Assembly: GCA_965228895.1 (NCBI GenBank)
Contig: OZ245842.1
Span: forward strand, 5,312,001 to 5,376,000
DNA from: Alphaproteobacteria bacterium
Lineage (GTDB): Bacteria > Pseudomonadota > Alphaproteobacteria > SP197
DNA: 64,000 nucleotides
Reading direction: 5' to 3'
Part shown: in pieces, positions 48,423 through 56,898 of the stretch
How positions within the stretch are numbered: the first letter of the stretch is position 1
Layout: each line of letters opens with the position of its first letter
The notes under the pieces: generated by a model
Database searches by the model: none
Told to the model about the DNA's origin: nothing
What the model saw: the letters and a program-made list of their open reading frames with translations, nothing else
Translations under genes and position numbers: made by a program

Positions 48423-49310
48423 TTAGCCCTCCGGCACGTCGACACCGTGCTGGCGGCACGCGGCGGTCAGCGTGTTGACCAAGAGGCAAGCGATGGTCAT
48501 CGGCCCGACGCCGCCGGGGACCGGCGTGATGGCGCCGGCGACCTTGACCGCCTCGGCGAAGTCGACATCGCCGACCAGCTTCATCTTGCCGTCGCGCTCG
48601 ATCCGGTTGATGCCGACATCGATGACCGTCGCGCCGGGCTTGATCCAGTCGCCCTTGACCATCTCCGGCCGACCGACGGCGGCGACCACGACATCGGCGC
48701 CGCGCACCACGCCCGGCAGGTCGCGGGTGCGCGAATGGGCGATGGTGACCGTGCAGTTGTCCTGCAGCAGAAGCTGCGCCATCGGCTTGCCGACGATGTT
48801 GGAACGACCCAGGACGACCGCGTTCGATCCCGAAAGCTGGTCGCCCAGTTCGGCGCGCAGCATCATCTGACAGCCCAGCGGCGTGCACGGCACCATGGCG
48901 TCCTGGCCGGTCGACAGCAGGCCGGTATTGATGACATGGAAACCGTCGACATCCTTGGCCGGGTCGATCGCGTTGATGATGGCGGCCTCGTCGACCTGAT
49001 CGGGCAGGGGAAGCTGCACCAGGATGGCATTCACCCGGTCGTCGGCGTTGAGCTCCTCGACCTTGGCCAGGACCTCGTCGTGGCTTGCCGTATCGGGCAT
49101 GCGAAACTCGAAGCTCTCCATGCCCGCTTCGACGGTCGCCTTGCCCTTGCTGCGGACATAGACCTGGCTGGCCGGGTCTTCGCCGACCAGAACGACGGCC
49201 AGGCCGGGCTTGATGCCGTGGGCCTGGGTCAGGGCGGCAACCTGGCGGCCGACCTTTTCGCGTACGCCGGCGGCAAATGCCTTGCCGTCGATAATCTTTG
49301 CCTCACTCAT
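48423..49310 (-). CDS. folD: Methylene-THF dehydrogenase/cyclohydrolase
   Basis: [39 protein letters not shown]. Confidence 0.97.
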   Translation of the reverse strand: MSEAKIIDGKAFAAGVREKVGRQVAALTQAHGIKPGLAVVLVGEDPASQVYVRSKGKATVEAGMESFEFRMPDTASHDEVLAKVEELNADDRVNAILVQLPLPDQVDEAAIINAIDPAKDVDGFHVINTGLLSTGQDAMVPCTPLGCQMMLRAELGDQLSGSNAVVLGRSNIVGKPMAQLLLQDNCTVTIAHSRTRDLPGVVRGADVVVAAVGRPEMVKGDWIKPGATVIDVGINRIERDGKMKLVGDVDFAEAVKVAGAITPVPGGVGPMTIACLLVNTLTAACRQHGVDVPEG

Positions 49311-49641
49311 GGAATGCCCCCAGCCAGGATTTCAGGTGTTCGATGGTGGTGGGATCGCCGTCGATGGCGACGATCTTGTTGCGGTCCTTCAGGCCGCCCA
49401 CGACCGATAGATCGCAGGGCGGCAGATGCATGGCCTTGGCCAGGAGTTTGACCAGGGCGCGATTGGCCTTGCCGCCTTCCGGCGGCTCGTTCACGCGCAC
49501 TCTTAGGTAAGCGCGACCCCCGGCGTCAAGGCCGATGCCGTCGATGGCGGCGCGCGACGCCTTGGGCTGAAGCCTGACAGCCAGTCGGGCGCCGTTGGGT
49601 CCTGCTGTCAGCGGTGAGGCGGCTTGCGGGCGACCGGTCAG
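49303..49641 (-). CDS. yggU: DUF167 / YggU family protein (start probably non-canonical)
   Basis: [11 protein letters not shown]...[16 protein letters not shown]; yggT-yggU-folD synteny. Confidence 0.8.
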   Translation of the reverse strand: MTGRPQAASPLTAGPNGARLAVRLQPKASRAAIDGIGLDAGGRAYLRVRVNEPPEGGKANRALVKLLAKAMHLPPCDLSVVGGLKDRNKIVAIDGDPTTIEHLKSWLGAFHE

Positions 49642-49925
49642 GCGTAGGGTCCGAGAACGCGGAAGATGACCTTCTCGATGAAGATCAGTGCGATGATCGC
49701 CACGATCGGCGAAAAATCGATGCCGCCGAAACTGGGCAGAATGCGCCGGATCGGCCCGAGGACGGGCTCGGTCAGGCGATAGAGCACCAGGCCGATCTGA
49801 TTAACGATCTGATTCTGGGTATTGACCATCTTGAACGTCACCAGCCAGCTCAAGACCACCTGGGCGATCAGGATCCAAATGTAGATGGTGATCACCGTGT
49901 TTATCAGCCAGAGAACCGGTTCCAT
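49638..49925 (-). CDS. yggT: YggT family membrane protein
   Basis: LSWLV, LTEPVLGPIRRILP, GGIDFSP. Confidence 0.92.
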   Translation of the reverse strand: MEPVLWLINTVITIYIWILIAQVVLSWLVTFKMVNTQNQIVNQIGLVLYRLTEPVLGPIRRILPSFGGIDFSPIVAIIALIFIEKVIFRVLGPYA

Positions 49926-50030
49926 ATGACCTCAAGTAACAATGGTTGAAGATCGAAGGCGCAATGCTCGTCGCGCGTTCGATGTACCTATGCAACAATT
50001 CTAAAGCAAGCGCCGCCGCCGGTCAGCCCT

Positions 50031-50166
50031 TAGAGCAGCACCAGTTTTGTTGGCATCGTCGCGCGATACCAACAAAACTGGTGCTGCTCTACTCAAGAGA
50101 TAGAGCGCGGATTCACGTCATTGGGCGGATCCGTTCAACGGCTCCGCCCAATGACGACCCGCTCCG
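50031..50166. repeat. Twin-hairpin intergenic element, copy 3
   Basis: TAGAGCAG-CACCAGTTTTGTTGG..ATCG..CGAT..CCAACAAAACTGGTG-CTGCTCTA; TAGAGCGCGGATTCA-CGTCATTGGGCGGA...TCCGCCCAATGACG-ACCCGCTC. Confidence 0.85.
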
Positions 50167-50210
50167 GGCATGGCCGAAAGATTGGATCGATAGGCAGGAG
50201 AGACAAGATC

Positions 50211-50645
50211 ATGACACAAACGCGGCATTGCTTTGAGGGCTCCTGCCATTGCGGCCGGGTCAGCGTCGGGTTCGAAACCGCCAAGGCGCCGGACACACTG
50301 GATGTCAGGACCTGCCAGTGCGCTTTCTGCCGCCGCCACGGCGCCCGTGCGGTGTCCGATCCCGAGGGCTCGCTGACTGTCACGACCGCGGCCGGCCGCG
50401 AGGCCAAAGCCTACCGTTTCGGGCTTGGTGTTACCGACTTTTTAATCTGTCCGGACTGCGGCTGCTATGTCGCGGCAACCATGACCGAAGGCGACAAGGC
50501 CTACGGCATCGTGAACATCCGCATGTTGGCCGATGAGGCGGTCTTTTCGGCGGCCGAGACACCACGGGTCTATGATGCGGAGGATGCAGAAGCCCGTCTG
50601 GCGCGGCGCCGCGCGGCCTGGACGCCGGTGACCGCGGGCGAATAG
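50211..50645 (+). CDS. GFA/CENP-V family zinc protein
   Basis: GSCHCG, CQCAFC, CPDCG. Confidence 0.88.
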   Translation: MTQTRHCFEGSCHCGRVSVGFETAKAPDTLDVRTCQCAFCRRHGARAVSDPEGSLTVTTAAGREAKAYRFGLGVTDFLICPDCGCYVAATMTEGDKAYGIVNIRMLADEAVFSAAETPRVYDAEDAEARLARRRAAWTPVTAGE

Positions 50646-50661
50646 GCAACCGCCGCCGCGC

Positions 50662-50690
50662 TTGACAGGGTCAAGACCGGCTCTTACATG
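50662..50690 (+). promoter_or_regulatory. Sigma70 promoter of tRNA-Ala
   Basis: TTGACA-17bp-TACATG about 30 nt upstream of the tRNA. Confidence 0.6.
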
Positions 50691-50719
50691 GTCGCCACTT
50701 CGACGGATCTGGCCGGAAC

Positions 50720-50795
<76 letters not shown>

Positions 50796-50845
50796 GATCC
50801 TGTCGTGTCGTTGATTTCAGTTTCTTAAGAGCCGCTGCGAACAGT

Positions 50846-51931
50846 TCAGGTTTCTCGCTTGATCGGGATGACGTTGGAATGCGCCGCCGGCTTAACATCC
50901 GCGCTTTGGTCGGTCGCGCCGGCCGCATCGCGCACAGGGTCAAAGTCCGGATATCGCTGTGACAGTGGCTGATGCTCCAGCACTGCCCGCACCTCCTTGA
51001 GGACGGTCCGGGCTCCATCGGCATAGGTCGCTTCGCCTACGTGCGTGAGCCAGCGTGGCAGGAAACCGCGGCGTACTTCGTACCAAACGAATGATTCGTG
51101 AGGCGCAAAGAGAAGAACGTCTTCAGGTTCGGGTGCGTCCAGGTGGGCGACGATGTCGAGAAAGCCGGCTTCGGTTTGGAGGAGTTTGGCAACGTCCGAG
51201 AACTCGTCACGCTTCTTGCGGGCGCGCTCTGTCAACACGATGACAACGCGATAACCATCGAGCATCGCAAGCGCTTGTCGAATTTCCCAGGCGACGGCCG
51301 GCGTCCCGCCTCGACCCGGCGGAAACACGAAAAAGACGCAACTGGCGCGACTTATCAGCAAGGCGACCTCGGTCTGCCAATTGTCATCGCACGAAACATA
51401 CTGCGGCCCGGGCGCCAGATCCTTCGCATCCGGCTGCACGACCGCACATGTTTCATGACCTAGGACGGCCCGAGCCTCCCTGGCAACGATCTGCTCGACG
51501 GTCACGGTGCGGTTGGCTGGAAGTACAAGGCGGTTCAGAAATGACCGTCGTCGCGGAACATTCAAAAAACCGTCAAATCCGAAAGGCCGCAAGATGAAGA
51601 CATACTCGCCCTGCCTTGCGTTAATCGATCGAATGAATTCGCGTGCGGTCGCGGTTTGGACGCGGTCGGAAGACACGTACTCGCGGACGAGCCGCCAGAT
51701 ATCGATGACTATGGAAAGAAAAACGATGCATCCGATGATTAAGGCCAGCCACATCCGTGACGTGATCGGCAAGGCGAGCGACCATCCTTCAGCTTGGTTG
51801 GATAGCGTCGAACGAAGATCGAACAGTAGAAAAAACACACCTATCAAGACCACAGCTTTGAGCAACACGAACATCATTCGCTGGGTGAACAGCAGACGTC
51901 GAATTCGATAGAACTTGCTGTTTCGGGGCAT
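50846..51931 (-). CDS. Two-TM membrane protein with putative TIR-like alpha/beta domain
   Basis: Two N-terminal hydrophobic helices; VFILRPF; SRASCVFFVF...TPAVAWEIRQA. Confidence 0.6.
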   Translation of the reverse strand: MPRNSKFYRIRRLLFTQRMMFVLLKAVVLIGVFFLLFDLRSTLSNQAEGWSLALPITSRMWLALIIGCIVFLSIVIDIWRLVREYVSSDRVQTATAREFIRSINARQGEYVFILRPFGFDGFLNVPRRRSFLNRLVLPANRTVTVEQIVAREARAVLGHETCAVVQPDAKDLAPGPQYVSCDDNWQTEVALLISRASCVFFVFPPGRGGTPAVAWEIRQALAMLDGYRVVIVLTERARKKRDEFSDVAKLLQTEAGFLDIVAHLDAPEPEDVLLFAPHESFVWYEVRRGFLPRWLTHVGEATYADGARTVLKEVRAVLEHQPLSQRYPDFDPVRDAAGATDQSADVKPAAHSNVIPIKRET

Positions 51932-52004
51932 CAGAAACCTCAGCCATCTGAACGTTCGACCTCGCAGCAGGTAAGGCGCCGACTGGGTCACGCAGGCCGA
52001 CCCG

Positions 52005-52115
52005 TCATGCGCGGTGGAGCGCCTCAGTATAGCTGGAGCCCAGACCGCGCGCAGCGCCAGTGACCAGGACCACACGATCTTTGAGGTCTAGGTCGTCTTC
52101 TTTCTTTGTGCTCAT
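52005..52115 (-). pseudogene. Truncated short-chain dehydrogenase (N-terminus only)
   Basis: DLKDRVVLVTGAARGLGSSYTEALHRA*, a TGxxxGxG motif followed by a stop. Confidence 0.7.
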
Positions 52116-52262
52116 CATCAACAGCTTACCCGCGCTTAGCTGATCAGCCCATGCAACTTTGCAACGTGCGATGCAATGCGATCGCCGTTCGCTAGCACCC
52201 AAGCTTGCCGCTACCCGAGATTCTGTGACAATGCGCGATGTCGACCCGCCGCTGGGGAATGC

Positions 52263-53117
52263 ATGATTAAACCACGCCGTAGCTTCATCTTCTCGCCGGG
52301 CTTGAGGCCCGAGTTGTTTCCGAAGGCCCTTGCTTGCGGTGCCGACATCGTCTGCGTCGAACTGGAAGACGGCATCGCGCCCAAGGACAAGGACGAGGCG
52401 CGGGGGAAGGCGCTCACCCTGTTCGCCGAGCCGCAGGCCGATGACGGCGTCGAGCGCATCGTGCGTATCAACAGCGTGCGCTCGGCCTTCGGTTTGGCCG
52501 ATGTCGAGGCCGTGCTCGCCGCCGACACGCCGCCGCCGGCGCTAATGCTGCCCAAGGTGATGACGCCGGACGAGGTGGTCTGGCTGGACGATCTCCTAAG
52601 CGAACGCGGCCACCAGACGCGTCTGCATGTCATTATCGAGACCAATGCCGGTCTGGAAGCCGTGCACGACATCGCGCGCGCCAGTCCGCGCGTGGAGGCG
52701 CTGTTCTTTGGCGGTGTTGATATGGCCGCAGAGTTGCGCTGCAAGAATGCGTGGGAGCCGCTGCTCTATGCCCGTTCGCGCGTCGTGCATGCAGCCGCTG
52801 GCGCGGGGCTGGACGTGATCGACGTGCCGTTCCTCGACCTTGAAGATCCCGACGGCATGGCGCGCGAAGCCGCGTTGGCGCGTGACCTCGGCTTCAGCGG
52901 CAAGGGCGCCGTCCATCCCAAACAGATCGCCGCCCTCAACGGCATCTTCACCCCGGACGACGCTGCGGTCGCTCGCGCCCGGCGGATTACCGCGGCGTTT
53001 GACGAGGCCGATACCGGTCTTGTCGTCATCGACGGCAAGCTGATCGAAAAACCGGTTCTGCGCGAGATGCACAGAATCCTTGCGATCGCCGATCGCATGG
53101 CAACACAATCGCAGTAA
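52263..53117 (+). CDS. CitE/HpcH-family CoA-ester lyase
   Basis: RRSFIFSPG, LED, VRIN, IIET, GKGAVHPKQ, DGKLIEKP. Confidence 0.9.
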   Translation: MIKPRRSFIFSPGLRPELFPKALACGADIVCVELEDGIAPKDKDEARGKALTLFAEPQADDGVERIVRINSVRSAFGLADVEAVLAADTPPPALMLPKVMTPDEVVWLDDLLSERGHQTRLHVIIETNAGLEAVHDIARASPRVEALFFGGVDMAAELRCKNAWEPLLYARSRVVHAAAGAGLDVIDVPFLDLEDPDGMAREAALARDLGFSGKGAVHPKQIAALNGIFTPDDAAVARARRITAAFDEADTGLVVIDGKLIEKPVLREMHRILAIADRMATQSQ

Positions 53118-53219
53118 CCAGGCACCAGGCGGCGTCGCCCGCCGCTCGCCGGCATCAAACTCGCTATCCGCACACACTGTTGGTGCTAGTCTGCGCCGCA
53201 ACGCCATCCAGTGGGGATT

Positions 53220-54788
53220 ATGCAGCCGAACATTCTTTTCATCATGGCCGATCAGATGCGCGCCGAGTGTCTCGGTTGCGCCGGCCATTCTGTATTGCAG
53301 ACGCCGGCGCTCGACAAGATTGCGGCGAACGGCGTCCGGTTCTCTCGGGCCTATGTGCAGTCGCCGGTCTGCGGCGGCTCGCGCATGTCGACCTATACGG
53401 GGCGCTACGCGTTCAGCCACGGCGCCTACGGTAACGGCTATGCGCTCGGCATCGACGAACCGACGATCGGCGATGTGCTGCGGCCTCTTGGCTATCGCGT
53501 CGGGCTGACGGGCAAGACGCACATGACGCATGATGCGGAGGGTTTCGCCCGGCTCGGCCTTGACCCCCTTAGCGGCCCAGGCGCACTGGTCAAGGAATGC
53601 GGTTTCGAAGCCTTCGAGCGCGACGACGGGCTTTATCCCGAACCGCTGTTCGATCCGGACCTCGCCTATAACCGCTATCTATGGGCGCAGGGTTACGGGG
53701 CCGACCATCCCTGGCACGACATCGCCAATGCCGCCGAAGGACCGGACGGTGAGATCCTGTCGGGTTGGCATATGCGCAACGCCCATCTGCCGGCGCGGGT
53801 CAAACCGGAGCATTCCGAGACCGCTTACATGACCGATCGCGCCATGGACTTTATTCGCGATGCCGGCGATACGCCCTGGTGCCTGCATCTTTCCTATATC
53901 AAACCGCACTGGCCCTATATGGCGCCGGCGCCCTGGCATAAACTCTACAGAAACGCCGAGCTTGCACCGGCGAACCGTGACGATAAGGAACGCATTGACC
54001 CCAACCCGGTCTACGCCGCCTTCATGGAGCATGCGGAAAGCCTGAGCTTCTCACGCGACGAGGTCAGGCAAAACGTGATCCCGACCTATCTGGGTCTGAT
54101 CGCCGAGATCGACCATCACGTCGGACGGTTAATGGCTTTCCTAGAAGACCAGGGGCTCGCGGAAAACACCGTCGTCGTCTTCACCTCCGACCACGGCGAC
54201 TATTTGGGCGACCATTGGCTGGGCGAAAAGGACCTCTATCACGAGGAGATCGTGAAGGTGCCGTTGATCATCGCCGATCTGCGACCGGGCGCGGATACGA
54301 TGCGCGGCAAGACGCTCGATGACTTTGTCGAGGCGATTGACCTGGCCGCCACGTTTCTGGACATGGCGGGCGGGGCGGCACAGCCTCACCGCCTGGAGGG
54401 TCGCTCATTGGTTCCCCTGTTGGCCGGCGAAAGACCGGAGACGTGGCGCGAGGCCGTGTTTTCGGACGGTTGTTTCGCCAAGAAACGGGCGCGCGTCACG
54501 CTGGGATTATCGCCCGCCGAAGCGCGCAGCTTCATGGTGCGCACGGAGGCGTGGAAGTACATCCACTTCAATGCAGCGCCGCCGATGTTGTTCGATCTGA
54601 AGAACGATCCGCAAGAGCGCCGCGACCTCGGCCGCGAAGCCGACTACGAAACCGTACGCGACACCATGAAGGACCTTTTGCTGCAATGGATGATGGATCG
54701 CCGCATGCGCATGGCGACCAGCGATGACGACATCGAACGCCAGACACCGCCGGCGAAACCAAAGAGCTGGTTGATCGGCGTCTGGTAA
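53220..54788 (+). CDS. Sulfatase-family hydrolase (phosphonate monoester hydrolase-like)
   Basis: NILFIMADQ, CGGSR nucleophile motif, GKTH, KPHWP, TSDHGDYLGDH, GEK. Confidence 0.88.
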   Translation: MQPNILFIMADQMRAECLGCAGHSVLQTPALDKIAANGVRFSRAYVQSPVCGGSRMSTYTGRYAFSHGAYGNGYALGIDEPTIGDVLRPLGYRVGLTGKTHMTHDAEGFARLGLDPLSGPGALVKECGFEAFERDDGLYPEPLFDPDLAYNRYLWAQGYGADHPWHDIANAAEGPDGEILSGWHMRNAHLPARVKPEHSETAYMTDRAMDFIRDAGDTPWCLHLSYIKPHWPYMAPAPWHKLYRNAELAPANRDDKERIDPNPVYAAFMEHAESLSFSRDEVRQNVIPTYLGLIAEIDHHVGRLMAFLEDQGLAENTVVVFTSDHGDYLGDHWLGEKDLYHEEIVKVPLIIADLRPGADTMRGKTLDDFVEAIDLAATFLDMAGGAAQPHRLEGRSLVPLLAGERPETWREAVFSDGCFAKKRARVTLGLSPAEARSFMVRTEAWKYIHFNAAPPMLFDLKNDPQERRDLGREADYETVRDTMKDLLLQWMMDRRMRMATSDDDIERQTPPAKPKSWLIGVW

Positions 54789-54817
54789 GATAACGGCAGA
54801 ACAGGAGGACCACGCCC

Positions 54818-55243
54818 ATGCCTGACAAAACGACCGGCAGCTGCCTGTGTGGCGCTGTGACCTATGCGGTGAACCAGCCCTTGGGCGGTGTCATCGCGTG
54901 CCACTGTGCGGACTGCCAGAAAGCGGCTGGCGCCGGCGCGTCCCACAACATCGTCGTCAAGTCGGACAACGTCGTGGTGACCGGCGGTGAACCGAAGACC
55001 TATGCCAAGGTTGTCGACAGCGGGCGCACCCTGATCCGCACGTTCTGCGGCGATTGCGGTTCGCCGCTGTTTTCCCAGCGCAAGGAAACCCCGGAGATGA
55101 TCGTGATCAAGGCCGGCACGCTGGACGACAAACGGGACTTGAAGCTTGTGATGGATATCTGGACCGACAGCGCCGTCGGCTGGATCGCCGATGACCCGAA
55201 CGTCGAGAAACACGCCGGCAATCGACCGGCGCCGAAGTCCTGA
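54818..55243 (+). CDS. GFA family protein
   Basis: GSCLCG, CHCADCQK, FCGDCGSPL. Confidence 0.9.
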   Translation: MPDKTTGSCLCGAVTYAVNQPLGGVIACHCADCQKAAGAGASHNIVVKSDNVVVTGGEPKTYAKVVDSGRTLIRTFCGDCGSPLFSQRKETPEMIVIKAGTLDDKRDLKLVMDIWTDSAVGWIADDPNVEKHAGNRPAPKS

Positions 55244-55249
55244 CGACGA

Positions 55250-56887
55250 CTAAGCCATCACCGGCAGCATGATATGCGATGGCCTGTCCGTGTCGTGATG
55301 GATTGTCTGTTTCGCTGTGACGGTGGTCGCGCTCTTGCCGAACGGCGCGCCGGTGTTGGGGTTCCTGTCGTAACGGGTGAAGTCGCTGCTTGAGATTTCG
55401 ACACGCAGCCGATGCCCGGCAGGAACCCGGTAGCTGACCGACCACATGTCGACGTCGATGACGTAGACCCTGCCGGGTTCGAGAAGCTGGCGACCCTCGT
55501 CTTGATGGCGCAGCGCAGCCCGTTGGATGCCGTCCTGGATCAGGTTGACCCGGCCATCGGGGAAGACGTCGACAAGGGCGACCGTAAAGTCGGTGTCCGG
55601 CGCATCGCTCTCGATGTGGATTGTGGCTGAGAGCGGGCCCGTGAGATCGAGCGGTTGCGGCAAGGGCTCACTGGTAAAGGTCAGCACATCCGCTCGCGCC
55701 TCGATGTCCTGACGATCGTCCATCGCCTGGCACACCCGCCAAGCGTCTGTGCCCTCGCTCCAGGCGACCGGATCGGCGGGGTCATAGGTGAAGCGGTCGG
55801 CGGGTTCGTCACCCGGAGCCGATCGGTCCAGACGGCCATCGTCCAGTTTGTCTCCGGCCAAGCCGGTGCTGTGGAGATACCAGGTCTGGAGCGTGCAGCC
55901 ATCGGGCGGCCAGGTATCGGCATCGCGCCACGCATCGGCGCCGAGCGTGAAATAGTGAACCAGCCCTGCCGCGCCAAAACCGTTGTCGTGTTCCCTGAGA
56001 TAGCGATCGAAGAAACCGAGAAAGGCCTGCCACCGGTGCTCGTGATTGCCCGGACCGACATGGTTGAGGCCGACCCTCTGTGTCGTGTCGGACGTGCAGT
56101 AGTGGTCCCAGGGACCGATCATCAGGTGGTTGTGGCGCGCGGTTTCTTGCGCGTCGCGCAGCCACTGCCACTCCTCGACCATGGGCCCCATGAAGTTGTC
56201 GTACCAGCCCGTCCAATGCAGGACGGGGATGTCGATCGCCAGCATGGCGTCGAGCCGGTTGCGCGCGGTCCAATAGCGCATGGTGCGTTCGGGATGGGCG
56301 ATGACGTCGTCGAAATAGCTACACGACAGGCCGGCCCGGTCCGCCATCTCGGCAAGCGGCAGGTGACGCAGATCAAGCACGCTGGTGTCGGCCGCGATCC
56401 GGCCGAGCATAAAGATGCCCCAGATCCCCTCGCTGGCGAGCTTCAGGCAGCCCGATCGGTAGCTCCAGTTGTAGCGGTCGAACCCCTGATTGCCCGGCGC
56501 GATGCAGACCAGGCCCGGTGGTTTGAGCGACGCGGCGGCAAAGCAGGTATAGCCGTAATAGGAATTGCCCCACATGCCGACCCGCCCGTTCGACCAATCC
56601 TGATCGGCGATCCACTGGACGGTGTCGAATCCGTCCTTGGCCTCGGCGTCGATATCGCTCGCGTCGAACGTGCCGCCGGAACCCCACTTGCCGCGCACGT
56701 CCTGCACCACATAGGCGTAGCCGTCGTCCAGCAAGCGCTCGATCAGGTCGGGCATGGTGCCGAACGGCTGCGCCTTGCCATAGGGCACCCGCGACAGAAC
56801 GGCGGGAAACGGACCGTCGCCGTCCGGCAGATGAACGTCCGTCGCCAAGTCGACGCCGTCGCGCACCGTAATCTTGAGGTCCTTCAT
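55250..56887 (-). CDS. CocE/NonD family serine hydrolase
   Basis: PYGK, QDVRG, GNSY, GWYD, GPWDH, GHRLRVEISSS. Confidence 0.9.
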   Translation of the reverse strand: MKDLKITVRDGVDLATDVHLPDGDGPFPAVLSRVPYGKAQPFGTMPDLIERLLDDGYAYVVQDVRGKWGSGGTFDASDIDAEAKDGFDTVQWIADQDWSNGRVGMWGNSYYGYTCFAAASLKPPGLVCIAPGNQGFDRYNWSYRSGCLKLASEGIWGIFMLGRIAADTSVLDLRHLPLAEMADRAGLSCSYFDDVIAHPERTMRYWTARNRLDAMLAIDIPVLHWTGWYDNFMGPMVEEWQWLRDAQETARHNHLMIGPWDHYCTSDTTQRVGLNHVGPGNHEHRWQAFLGFFDRYLREHDNGFGAAGLVHYFTLGADAWRDADTWPPDGCTLQTWYLHSTGLAGDKLDDGRLDRSAPGDEPADRFTYDPADPVAWSEGTDAWRVCQAMDDRQDIEARADVLTFTSEPLPQPLDLTGPLSATIHIESDAPDTDFTVALVDVFPDGRVNLIQDGIQRAALRHQDEGRQLLEPGRVYVIDVDMWSVSYRVPAGHRLRVEISSSDFTRYDRNPNTGAPFGKSATTVTAKQTIHHDTDRPSHIMLPVMA

Positions 56888-56898
56888 GATCCGCGCGC

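Noticed and set aside
9659-50166. Repeats considered as a CRISPR array or integron attC cassettes
   Set aside because: Copies are kilobases apart, with no repeat-spacer periodicity, cas genes, integrase or RYYYAAC/GTTRRRY ends.
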